From NCBI GenBank assembly GCA_025456175.1, contig JALOLC010000015.1, forward strand, positions 1 to 48,321: a stretch of DNA of 48,321 nucleotides, in the 5' to 3' direction. Under the pieces are notes generated by a model that was given only the letters and a program-made list of their open reading frames with translations, ran no database searches and was not told the DNA's origin. Below, one piece after another: positions 1 to 8,287 of the stretch (positions are counted from its first letter, which is position 1; each line of letters starts with the position of its first letter). Position numbers and translations under genes: made by a program. Source of the DNA: Acidobacteriota bacterium. Its GTDB lineage: Bacteria > Acidobacteriota > Aminicenantia > UBA2199.

Positions 1-768
1 AAAAAGAAATCCCGGCGCATCTGGCTTTACGTCGTTGCCGTCGCGCTGGCCCTGATCCTGGCCGGCGGGCTGGCCTTCTGGCTGACGCTGCCCGCGGTCG
101 ACTGGCTGAAGAAGGAGGACCCCAAGGAGACGGCCATGATGCGCTTCCGGGTGGAGCAGGCGCATGAGAAAGGCAGGGAGGCGCGCCGCTTCTCGAGGCG
201 CGTGCCGCTGTCGGGCATCTCGCCCTACCTGATCCAGGCGGTGCTCATCGCCGAGGACGACAAGTTCTTCGAGCACGAGGGCTTCGACTGGGAGTCGATG
301 CGCAAGGCCCTGGATGCCAACATCGCCAAGAAGCGCGTCCTGCGCGGCGGCTCGACCATCACCCAGCAGCTGGCCAAGAACCTGTTCCTCAGCTCCGAGC
401 AAAGCCTGTGGCGCAAGCTGCGCGAGGCGGCCATCGCCTGGAAGCTGGAAAGCGCGCTGAGCAAAAAGCGCATCCTGGAGCTGTACCTCAACGTCATCGA
501 CTGGGGCCGGGGGGCCTACGGCGCCGAGGCCGCGGCCCGCATCTATTTCAATCGCCCGGCAGCGGCCCTGTCCCTCTCCCAGGCCATCCGCCTGGCCTCG
601 GTCCTGCCCAACCCCCGCCGCTTCCCCGTCCTGCGCGCGGACAGCGCCCGCATGAACCGCAAGCGCCGCATCATCGCCCAGCGCATGCTGCAGCGGCACT
701 GGATAAGCCAAGAAATTTATGATCAGGCCCTGGCCGAGATGGGATTAGAAGTACTCAGTGAAAAGTAA
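1..768 (+). CDS. mtgA: Monofunctional peptidoglycan glycosyltransferase (GT51), 5' end off-window
   Basis: The frame of ORF 136..768 stays open back to base 1 (KKKSRRIWLYVVAVALALILAGG, a TM helix). GT51 motifs IAEDDKFFEHEGFD and RGGSTITQQLAKN are present. Confidence 0.85.
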   Translation, partial: KKKSRRIWLYVVAVALALILAGGLAFWLTLPAVDWLKKEDPKETAMMRFRVEQAHEKGREARRFSRRVPLSGISPYLIQAVLIAEDDKFFEHEGFDWESMRKALDANIAKKRVLRGGSTITQQLAKNLFLSSEQSLWRKLREAAIAWKLESALSKKRILELYLNVIDWGRGAYGAEAAARIYFNRPAAALSLSQAIRLASVLPNPRRFPVLRADSARMNRKRRIIAQRMLQRHWISQEIYDQALAEMGLEVLSEK

Positions 769-853
769 AAAGTGAATAGTGAAGTGTAACAGCAAGGTAA
801 CGATCGATTGCTGTTTCTGCAAACTTTTCACTTTTCACCTTTCACTTTTAACT
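757..853. repeat. Long imperfect hairpin with arms made of tandem heptamers, between convergent genes
   Basis: The left arm is AGTGAAA AGTAAAA AGTGAAT AGTGAAG (757-786). An inner perfect 8-bp stem pairs AACAGCAA (788-795) with TTGCTGTT (808-815). The right arm is ACTTTTC ACTTTTC ACCTTTC ACTTTTA (823-853). The element overlaps the mtgA stop codon. Confidence 0.7.
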
Positions 854-862
854 AAGTTCGTT

Positions 863-3388
863 TTATTCTGGATATAATTCCTCCCACCACTCGCCTTCAC
901 CCTTGAGCCAGCGGTCGAACCAGGCCATGATGGTCCTCATCCACCGCACCCGCTGCGGGAACTTCAGGATCCAGTGCTCCTGGTCGGGGAAGGTGACCAG
1001 CGCCGCCTCCTTGTTCAGCAGCTTCAGGGCGGCGAACATCTGGTAGCTCTCGCCCGGGGGCACATTGTTGTCCTCCTGGCCGTGGAGCAGCAGCAGCGGC
1101 TTGCTGACGCGCTCGGCCATGAAGAGCGGGCTGTGCCCGACGTAGAGGTCCTTGCGGTTCCAGGGGAAGCTGTCGGCCGTGGCCACGGCGCTGTAGTTGT
1201 AGCCCCAGTCGCCCACCCCCCAGTAGGAGGAGAGGGAGCTGATGCCGGCGTGGGAGATCAGGCAGGCGAAGAGATCGGTCTGGGTCGCCAGCAGCTGGGT
1301 CATGAAGCCGCCGTAGGAGGCGCCGATGGCGCCGACGCGGCGGTTGTCGATGAACGGGTGGGTGCGCAGCAATTCCTCGACCCCGCGGATGATCTCCCCC
1401 GCCGTGATCTCGCCCCAGTCGTTGACGTGGGCGCTGGAAAACTCCTGGCCGTAGCCGACGGCGCCGCTGGGCTGGATGACACAGATCACGTAGCCGTTGG
1501 CCGCATACCAGTCCAGGGGGTAGCGGCCGCCGAAATTGCGGCCGATGGGCGACGTGCCGCCATAGAAGTTGACGATGCAGGGCCAGAGGCGGGCCGGATC
1601 GAAGTCGGGCGGGTAGCAGATGAAGCCGCCGATGACTTTCCCTTCCCGCGCCTTGAAGCTCCAGCTTTCCGTCCTGCCGAAGCGGACGGCGGCGAAGGCC
1701 TCGCGGTTGTAGTCCTTCAGCACCCGCGAGCCGCCGTCCAGGTTCAGCAGGTACAGCTTCTGCGGCCGGCCCAGGGCCGACCCCGAGTAGGCGGCCCGGC
1801 CGGCCTTGGAAAAGCTCACGCTTTCCAGCGCATCGACAGCGGTCTCCAGGCGGACGAATCTCTTCGCCGCCGGCAGGCAGCGATAGAGGCGATCGAGGTC
1901 CTGGTCGGAGGCTTTCAGGAGCACGCTGCCGTTGGGATGCCAGAAGGCCTGGTCGATGGCCGGGGCGAAACTGCGGGTCAGCGCTTCGGCCTTTTTCGTC
2001 TTCAGGTCGAAGACATAGGCCTGGGTGTCGAAATCATTGGGGATCACGCCGGCCGGCAGCGTGCTGCCCAGTCCGGAAAACGCCGATGGCCCGCCCAACA
2101 GGAGCAATTTCCTGGAATCGGGCGACCAGAGGAAATCGTTGACCCAGGGATCGTCGAGCAATTTTTCGCGGCGGCCGTCGGCGAGCTGATGAAGAAACAG
2201 CGTGTTGCGCTGGTAGGGGCGCTGCCGGTGATCCTCACGCCTGGAAACCAGGAGCAGCGTGCGGTTGTCGGGGCTTACGCGCACCTGGGAGAAGTTGTCG
2301 GCCAAGCCGGCGAGCGGCTGCCGCACTCCCGATGTTGGAAAGAAGAGGGCCAGCGCCTGGCGCGGCTCGGGAGAGCGGGAACGGTCGTCCAGTTTGCGGA
2401 CATGGCGATAGGGCTTGTCTGCCGCCGGCTCCTCGGCCGTGGCATAGACCAGGAAGGAGCCATCGGGAGCCCACCAGTAGTCGGAGAGGTTCTTTTCTCC
2501 CGGCAGCAGCAGGCGGCAGGAGCGGTCGCCCAGGTCGTAGAGATAAAGGTCGCTGGCATCCTTCTCGCTGCGTAAATAGGAGAAGCGGCGCGAGTCGTCG
2601 AGCCATTGGAAGCCGCTGATCTCCCCCAGCCCCTGCGATGTGAAGACGCGGCCGCCGTTGTCACTCTCCAGGATCTCGATCCAGCGGCGGCTGCCTGTGG
2701 CGCCGCGTTCAAGCTGGCTCAAGGCCACGGCGACGTGGCGGCCATCGGGAGACATGAAAACCTCATTGATGGCCAGAGAGTGGAGGAGATCCTCCATGCG
2801 GATGCGGCGGTCAGGAGAGAGGGACAGGGAAAGCGGCGCATTCGCGAAGGCCGGCTTGCGCTTCAGGACGGCTTGCAGCACCCGGTCCTTTCCCGCCATG
2901 ACGGCGTCCCCTTGGGGAGGCAGAATGGCCTTGACCAGAAGCAAGTGCTTGCCGCTGTCCAGGGCCAAGTCAAAGCTTTTCTTGCCTTCCCCGTTCCCCG
3001 CGGGAGCCTGGGGCAGCAGCGCCCCGTCCAGAAAGACGCGGACCGGGAACGGGGAATCCAAGGCCAGGTCGGCCCGCAGCCAGCGGCGGCTCTCCACATA
3101 GGCGGCCAGGTAGACCGCCTGGGGCCGGGAGGAGGCGGTAAACCGAGGCGCGGACTCGCGCCAGGCCAGCGAACGCTCCGCATGCCAGCGCACCTTGAGG
3201 CCCGCGGCCGGGTTGAGCCCAACCGGGGATACGAAATCCCAATCCAACGCCGCATCGGCGCCGTCGGCCAAAAGCTCGGCCGGCCCCAGTACCAGCCAGG
3301 TGTCGATCCTGACCTCACCCGTGCTTTGTCCGGGAAGCGCCGCCGCCAGCATCAGGGCCGCTATGGCAAGAATGATCCTTTGCTTCAT
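863..3388 (-). CDS. Secreted S9-family serine peptidase (acylaminoacyl-peptidase/dipeptidyl-peptidase type) with N-terminal beta-propeller region
   Basis: 841-aa ORF with signal peptide MKQRIILAIAALMLAAALPG. It has the GxSxGG nucleophile motif (GASYGGFMT) and downstream HGQEDNNVP and DQEHW segments that fit the Asp/His of the triad. Confidence 0.85.
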   Translation of the reverse strand: MKQRIILAIAALMLAAALPGQSTGEVRIDTWLVLGPAELLADGADAALDWDFVSPVGLNPAAGLKVRWHAERSLAWRESAPRFTASSRPQAVYLAAYVESRRWLRADLALDSPFPVRVFLDGALLPQAPAGNGEGKKSFDLALDSGKHLLLVKAILPPQGDAVMAGKDRVLQAVLKRKPAFANAPLSLSLSPDRRIRMEDLLHSLAINEVFMSPDGRHVAVALSQLERGATGSRRWIEILESDNGGRVFTSQGLGEISGFQWLDDSRRFSYLRSEKDASDLYLYDLGDRSCRLLLPGEKNLSDYWWAPDGSFLVYATAEEPAADKPYRHVRKLDDRSRSPEPRQALALFFPTSGVRQPLAGLADNFSQVRVSPDNRTLLLVSRREDHRQRPYQRNTLFLHQLADGRREKLLDDPWVNDFLWSPDSRKLLLLGGPSAFSGLGSTLPAGVIPNDFDTQAYVFDLKTKKAEALTRSFAPAIDQAFWHPNGSVLLKASDQDLDRLYRCLPAAKRFVRLETAVDALESVSFSKAGRAAYSGSALGRPQKLYLLNLDGGSRVLKDYNREAFAAVRFGRTESWSFKAREGKVIGGFICYPPDFDPARLWPCIVNFYGGTSPIGRNFGGRYPLDWYAANGYVICVIQPSGAVGYGQEFSSAHVNDWGEITAGEIIRGVEELLRTHPFIDNRRVGAIGASYGGFMTQLLATQTDLFACLISHAGISSLSSYWGVGDWGYNYSAVATADSFPWNRKDLYVGHSPLFMAERVSKPLLLLHGQEDNNVPPGESYQMFAALKLLNKEAALVTFPDQEHWILKFPQRVRWMRTIMAWFDRWLKGEGEWWEELYPE

Positions 3389-3410
3389 GCTTTACCTCCG
3401 AAAAAATGGT

Positions 3411-3439
3411 ATTATACCCCGGGGAGGCGCAAATGAAAA
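3411..3439 (-). promoter_or_regulatory. Putative sigma-70-type promoter for the S9 peptidase gene
   Basis: The minus strand reads TTTTCA-N17-TATAAT about 22 nt upstream of the GGAGG RBS and ATG at 3388. Confidence 0.35.
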
Positions 3440-3489
3440 ATGCGCCGCAAGCAGCGTCCTGTTTTCAGGACGGTTTCCCCTGCATAACT

Positions 3490-3505
3490 TGGCAAGAACA
3501 TTGCT
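3490..3505 (+). promoter_or_regulatory. Candidate sigma-54 (-24/-12) promoter
   Basis: TGGCAAGAACATTGCT has GG and GC separated by exactly 10 nt and a TTGC -12 element. It lies 87 nt upstream of the lipoprotein ATG at 3592. Confidence 0.55.
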
Positions 3506-3591
3506 TCATGATGGATGGCGGTCCTGAAGATTTCCGCAAGGAGAAGCCGGCGTTCTTTCCTGCGGGAAGCCGTTCCGCCCCTGGAGGAACC

Positions 3592-3975
3592 ATGAAAAAA
3601 CGGCTGTGGCTGGGAATCGCTGTGCTGACATCGCTCCTGTTCCTGGTTTCGTGCGTGAAAGTGGAATACGAGGCCTATGTGACCGTGGTCAATATCGGCA
3701 ACATGCCGATGACGGCCTGGGTCGACGGCGACAGGGCCGACATCGCGGCCTACGATTCACTGACCTGGGCCATTCCCCTGGAAACGGAGAACGAGGTGCG
3801 CACCGTCTACCTCGAGGCCGAGCCCCAGGGCGGCGGCGACTATGACGAGGCCATCGTCGACGTGTACGGCGACCGCGATGTGGTCACCTGGCTGACCGGC
3901 TGGGACCTGCTCGCAGGAGCCAATCGGACAAAGAAGAAAAGCTCGCTCCTGCGCGGGCCGGCGCCGGCCAAATAA
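3592..3975 (+). CDS. Small lipoprotein of unknown function
   Basis: An internal ATG is preceded by GGAGGA. The N-terminus MKKRLWLGIAVLTSLLFLVSC has an L-V-S-C lipobox. The longer 3406 start adds a non-signal-like extension. Confidence 0.6.
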   Translation: MKKRLWLGIAVLTSLLFLVSCVKVEYEAYVTVVNIGNMPMTAWVDGDRADIAAYDSLTWAIPLETENEVRTVYLEAEPQGGGDYDEAIVDVYGDRDVVTWLTGWDLLAGANRTKKKSSLLRGPAPAK

Positions 3976-3983
3976 CTCATTGG

Positions 3984-4106
3984 CTCAAGGGAAGAGAGAG
4001 GGAAGACAGAGGGAAAGGCAGAGGGAAGACAAAGTGGGAAAGAGGCCCTGAAAGGGCTTTTTTCACTCTCTCTTCCCTCTCTCTTCTCTCTCTCTTCCCT
4101 GAGTTC
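3984..4106. repeat. Purine-rich palindromic MITE/REP-like element, copy 1
   Basis: A GGGAAGA-type purine arm (3984-4047), a small central hairpin GCCC-TGAAA-GGGC, and a pyrimidine arm ending CTTCCCTGAGTTC. It is homologous to 17585..17717 in inverse orientation and sits between convergent genes. Confidence 0.7.
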
Positions 4107-4110
4107 TTCA

Positions 4111-5025
4111 TCAGTGCGGATACGCCTTCTCCCCGGCCGCGATGGCGACCTCAAGGAAATTCTCCAGCGGCGGCAGCGGGCAGTTGTAGGCCGGTGAATA
4201 ATTGCACAGGGGATTGTAGCAGCGGTTGAAGTCCAGGATGAGCTCGTTGCCTTCCGGCTCCTCCAGGTCGATGAAGCGCCCCACCTCGTACGTGTCCTTG
4301 CCGTTGGTGCCGTCCTTGAAGGGGACGAACAGGTGCTTGGCGCCGGGCCCCTCGAGGCTGGTCTTCAGAGCGGTGAGTTCCAGCTCCCTGCCATCGACCT
4401 GGAAGCGGAGCTTCCCGTAGCGGTAGAAGGTCTTCTCCAGCTGGCGCGTGGTCGTGATCTTCAGCGGCTTGATCTCCGGGAAGCGCTCGAGCCGCGCCCG
4501 GACGGCATAGTTTGCATCGGGCGGATAATAGAGCAGGCGCTCGAAATGGAGTAGCTGCGGCCGCTCCGGGTCGAAGACGATCAGCGCCAGGGTGTCTGGG
4601 CCGGGATAGGCGCCCAGCGTCAGCCTTCCGGCCGTGAACAGGTCGCCCGGGGCCAGCGGTTCGCTCTCCATGGCGACCGGTCGCTCCCCCCGGCGGCAGG
4701 CGACTCCCGTTTTTGCGCTCCAGTGCCACTTCCCGTCCTTGAACAGGACGGCGAACGCGGGCCCATTGCCGGCGGCGCCAGCCGCGACCATGCCGTCGCG
4801 GATCATATGGGACGACCCGGCCGTCCCCGCTATCACCAGCCGCTCGCGGCCGGCCATTGGCGAGGTGACAGAGGTTTTGAACTCAATGTCCTTCTCGACC
4901 CGCTCCTTCAGCAGCGCCTGCTCCCAGGTGGCGGTGCCGCCGGCCTGGGCCAGTAACAGCACGGCGGGCAGCAGCACCAGCGCCGGCAGTATGAAAAACG
5001 TGATCGCGTCGTTCTTTTTCATCAT
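4111..5025 (-). CDS. DUF1684 domain-containing protein with N-terminal membrane anchor/signal
   Basis: The C-terminal block DFNRCYNPLCNYSPAYNCPLPPLENFLEVAIAAGEKAY is typical of DUF1684. The start was chosen at the ATG after AGGAGGG (5027-5033). Confidence 0.8.
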   Translation of the reverse strand: MMKKNDAITFFILPALVLLPAVLLLAQAGGTATWEQALLKERVEKDIEFKTSVTSPMAGRERLVIAGTAGSSHMIRDGMVAAGAAGNGPAFAVLFKDGKWHWSAKTGVACRRGERPVAMESEPLAPGDLFTAGRLTLGAYPGPDTLALIVFDPERPQLLHFERLLYYPPDANYAVRARLERFPEIKPLKITTTRQLEKTFYRYGKLRFQVDGRELELTALKTSLEGPGAKHLFVPFKDGTNGKDTYEVGRFIDLEEPEGNELILDFNRCYNPLCNYSPAYNCPLPPLENFLEVAIAAGEKAYPH

Positions 5026-5032
5026 TCCCTCC

Positions 5033-6055
5033 TCATCCTTCGCCCGCAATGGCCAGCAGGTCCTGCAGGACGCCGGCCGCGGTGTCCAGCAGGTCGGGGT
5101 TTTCCTCCAGGATCCACAGCGGCCCCAGCATGTCGAACTCCAGGCGCAGGGCGGCGGCCCGGCCGTTGATCATGGCGAAGTAATGGTCGCCGGCAATCTC
5201 GCGCGGCTGCACCTCGGCGCGCACCTGGCCGTCCTCGCGCCAGGCGCGGCAGATCAGCTTGATCTTCCTGCCGGCGGCCCTGGCCCTGGCGATGGCATCC
5301 GGCGTGACGCCGGTGATGCCGCAACGGTCAACGCGCAGGGGGTCGATGCCGGCGTCGAGGAAGAAGTTGGCCAGGATGGCGGTCTTGGCCGAGGAGTCCC
5401 ACCCCTCCAGGTCGTTGGCCGGATCGGCCTCGGCGAAGCCCAGCTCCTGCGCCGTTCGGACCGCGCTCGCCATGCTCTCGCCCGCCTCGAGGCGCGACAA
5501 CACGAAGTTGGTCGTCGTGTTGAAGATGCCCGAGAACCCGGTCACCCGGACGCCACGCAGGGCGCGTCCCAGGCAGAAGATGGGGGTGCCGTCCATGACC
5601 GCGCTCTCGAACAGGAAGCGGACCTTCTTCTTTTCAGCCAGCGCGGCCAGCTCGCGGTAGGCGAAGGCGGCCGGCCCCTTGTTGGCCGTGGCCACGTGCT
5701 TGCCCCGGTCCAGCGCCGCCCGCACGTGGGCCATGGCCAGGCCGCCGCGGTTGGCGATGTCCAGGGTCGAGATCTCCACCAGCACGTCGTAGTCCAGCGT
5801 CTCCAGCGCCTGCAGCGCCGTCAGCGGCGTCGCCGGAAAGCCGCCGCTGCCGCGGTATTGCTTCAGCGCCTGCGCCAGGTCGATCCCCTGCGCGTTGACC
5901 AGCCCGCCGTGCCGGCCGGTGAAAATGGCAACCGGCTTCAGCTCCAGATTCGCCAGTCCCGGATACTTATCCCGCTCCTCGGTCAGCATGGCGGCCATTT
6001 TCTGGCCGACATTGCCGAAGCCGACGATCACGGCTCGTAGTTTCGTTTGTCTCAT
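5033..6055 (-). CDS. hom: Homoserine dehydrogenase (no ACT domain)
   Basis: N-terminal Rossmann motif VIVGFGNVGQ, TANKGP, and an LFESAVMDGTPIF segment. 340 aa. Confidence 0.8.
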   Translation of the reverse strand: MRQTKLRAVIVGFGNVGQKMAAMLTEERDKYPGLANLELKPVAIFTGRHGGLVNAQGIDLAQALKQYRGSGGFPATPLTALQALETLDYDVLVEISTLDIANRGGLAMAHVRAALDRGKHVATANKGPAAFAYRELAALAEKKKVRFLFESAVMDGTPIFCLGRALRGVRVTGFSGIFNTTTNFVLSRLEAGESMASAVRTAQELGFAEADPANDLEGWDSSAKTAILANFFLDAGIDPLRVDRCGITGVTPDAIARARAAGRKIKLICRAWREDGQVRAEVQPREIAGDHYFAMINGRAAALRLEFDMLGPLWILEENPDLLDTAAGVLQDLLAIAGEG

Positions 6056-6061
6056 CTATTC

Positions 6062-6090
6062 ATTGTAGCGGGTCCGCCGAACGAAGTAAA
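6062..6090 (-). promoter_or_regulatory. Putative promoter placing the transcription start at or next to the hom ATG (leaderless arrangement)
   Basis: The minus strand reads TTTACT-N17-TACAAT-N6-ATG. There is no Shine-Dalgarno sequence between the -10 element and the start codon. Confidence 0.35.
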
Positions 6091-6182
6091 CCGCCAGCTT
6101 CGCCGGCGGCCTGGAGCCCGGCCACTAGCTGCCCGGATTTCCATTGCCTAAGGATGAATTATTGCGTTCTGACCAGCGGATA

Positions 6183-6764
6183 CTATTTTTCCGCGTCCAT
6201 TTTCTCCAGGATCTCCTTGCCGAAAGCAAGGCACTTCGCCTTGTCCGTGCGGTCGTAATTCTCGTAGGGCTGGTTGACGCTCTTGTAGTAGCCTTCGAGG
6301 CCCTTGAAATCTTCGGGAGAAAGCAGCTCCTTCTTCATCCAGCCGCCGAAGGCCCTGGCGAATTGCGGCTTGGCCCCGCACTGGGCGGCGAACTTCTCCA
6401 GGTAGCGATCGGCATAGTCGGGCGGGGCACCGCAGACGACGAAGAGGGCGAGGAGCTTGCTCCGCACCTCGCTGCCCCTCTTTTCCAGAAATGCCGCCAT
6501 GTCGGCGTGGAGCATGTCGCCGTAGATGCCCGAGCCGAGGATCACGTGCTCATAGCCGCTGATATCGCCGGGGTTTCCGGCCGCAACGAGCGCCGCCTTT
6601 CCCGCCATACCCTCCGCGATCCACTCGGCCGTCTGGGCGGTGCTGCCGTAGCGCGAGCCATAGACGATCACCACGCTCTTCTGCCCCGCGGCCGGTGCCG
6701 GCCCGGAAAAAACCGCAACGCCGCCGATCGCGGCCACCAACAAACCAATGGCAATGATCTTCAT
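6183..6764 (-). CDS. Flavodoxin-like fold protein with N-terminal hydrophobic anchor/signal
   Basis: VVIVYGSRYGSTAQTAEWIAEG and VILGSGIYG are flavodoxin-type segments. The start was chosen at MKIIAIGLLVAAIGGVAVF, which follows AGGAGG. Confidence 0.65.
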   Translation of the reverse strand: MKIIAIGLLVAAIGGVAVFSGPAPAAGQKSVVIVYGSRYGSTAQTAEWIAEGMAGKAALVAAGNPGDISGYEHVILGSGIYGDMLHADMAAFLEKRGSEVRSKLLALFVVCGAPPDYADRYLEKFAAQCGAKPQFARAFGGWMKKELLSPEDFKGLEGYYKSVNQPYENYDRTDKAKCLAFGKEILEKMDAEK

Positions 6765-6885
6765 CCGTTCCTCCTGGCGCTCACGATGATCTTCGCAAAC
6801 CGCCTGCGAGCCTGCCCGCATTCTGCAGGCAAAAGGTTCGGAAGTCAACGGCTCCTATTGCCTTGGGTATGGCACCCCTTTCCCC

Positions 6886-8190
6886 TTGTCAACGACGCGC
6901 GAAGGGCATACAATCGGTTTTTCCGATTCATTGCGAACAGGAGCGATCGTGACCGCAGCTGCAGGGCCGGGACGCCCGTTCATTTCACCGCTCCGGCCGG
7001 TGATGGCCATCACCGCCGCCGGCACCCTGGCCATGGCCGGCTACGAGATGGTGCGCTCGGCCTCGGCCTCGGTGTTCCTGGCCCACCATTCCGCCGCCAG
7101 GCTGCCCGAGGCGCTGATGCTGGTGCCGCTGGCCATGTTCGCCTTCACCTGGCTATTCAGCATGTCGCTGAAGCGCCTGGGCGCCGACCGGACCTTCACC
7201 GCCACCCTGCTGCTCTCCGCCCTGGTGCTGGCCTCGGCGGCGGCGGCCGTGCGCGGCAACGTCCCCGGCTCCGCCTTCCTGCTCTACATCTTCGGCCAGG
7301 CCTACATCGTCTTCATCGTCGAGGAGGTGTGGGCCTTCATCAACAGCCTCTTCGTCCCCGCCCAGGGCAAGCGCTGGAACGGCGTGATCATCGCGGTCAG
7401 CACCGCCGGCTCCGTGACGGGCGGCATCGTCACCGGCCGGCTCTCGGTGGCCATCGGCTCGGAGCGCATCGTGTGGATCGCCGCCGGCCTCACCGCCGTT
7501 GCCTCGCTGCTGGGGCGGCTCGCTTTCCGCCTGGCCGGGAAGCGCCCCACTCCCCCCGACCGGCCGCCCGAGAAGCTGGCCGACCATTTCGCCTGGGACC
7601 TGCTGCGCACCGGCCCCACCATCCGCCGCCTGGCGCTGATCGTCGTCGCCGCCCAGTCGGTGGCGGTGCTTCTGGACATCGCCTTCCACCAGGCGCTGCA
7701 AACCGCGGTGCCGCAGCAGGACCCGCGCACCGCCCTGCTCGGCTACTTCTGGTCGGCGGTCAACCTGTTCGCCTTGGCGTTGCAGCTCGGCGTCTGTCCC
7801 TTCCTGCTGTCGCGCGTGCCGCTGCGCCGCGTTCATGCGGCCATCCCGCTGCTCTTCGGCGCGGCCGCCCTCGCTGCCGTGGCCTTTCCGGTCCTGCCCG
7901 TACTGGCCGCCGTTTTCTTCGTCTCCAAGACGGTCGACTACTCGGTGTTCCGCGCCGCCAAGGAGGTCCTTTATATTCCCCTCTCCTTCACCGCCCGCTA
8001 CCGCGCCAAGATGACCGTGGACGCCCTGATCTACCGCTCCTCCAAGGGAGTGGTCTCGGCCCTGCTCTCCCTCTCCAACCGCGCCTTCGGCCTACTGCCC
8101 CTGCGCTTCTATCCGCTCCTGGTGGTGCTCCTGTGCGGCGGCTGGAACCGCTTCACCCGCGGCCTGCCCGAGCCTCCCGTCGCGCCATGA
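6886..8190 (+). CDS. Polytopic membrane transporter, MFS / ATP:ADP-antiporter (TLC)-like
   Basis: About 12 hydrophobic segments and an AKEVLYIPLS motif resembling TLC/Npt1-like carriers. The start codon is uncertain (TTG at 6886; GTG/ATG near 7000-7003 are alternatives). Confidence 0.55.
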   Translation: MSTTREGHTIGFSDSLRTGAIVTAAAGPGRPFISPLRPVMAITAAGTLAMAGYEMVRSASASVFLAHHSAARLPEALMLVPLAMFAFTWLFSMSLKRLGADRTFTATLLLSALVLASAAAAVRGNVPGSAFLLYIFGQAYIVFIVEEVWAFINSLFVPAQGKRWNGVIIAVSTAGSVTGGIVTGRLSVAIGSERIVWIAAGLTAVASLLGRLAFRLAGKRPTPPDRPPEKLADHFAWDLLRTGPTIRRLALIVVAAQSVAVLLDIAFHQALQTAVPQQDPRTALLGYFWSAVNLFALALQLGVCPFLLSRVPLRRVHAAIPLLFGAAALAAVAFPVLPVLAAVFFVSKTVDYSVFRAAKEVLYIPLSFTARYRAKMTVDALIYRSSKGVVSALLSLSNRAFGLLPLRFYPLLVVLLCGGWNRFTRGLPEPPVAP

Positions 8191-8287
8191 AGATCATCAT
8201 GCCAATGTGAATCCGGAGAAAGTGTTTAAGCTGGCAACTATGTGCGGCATGCGCAGGGGTAGGCCAGCTCCCGTTCCGTCCCAGCCG

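Noticed and set aside
3406-3591. Longer N-terminal extension of the lipoprotein ORF (start at 3406)
   Set aside because: The extension (MVLYPGEAQMKNAPQ…) has no RBS and no signal character, and it would overlap the divergent promoter region. The internal ATG at 3592 has GGAGGA and a canonical lipoprotein signal.
6144-8210. 688-aa plus-strand ORF spanning the flavodoxin-like gene and the transporter region
   Set aside because: It overlaps two better-supported genes (one antisense, one out of frame). Its composition is dominated by R/P/A/G runs, so it is a GC artefact.
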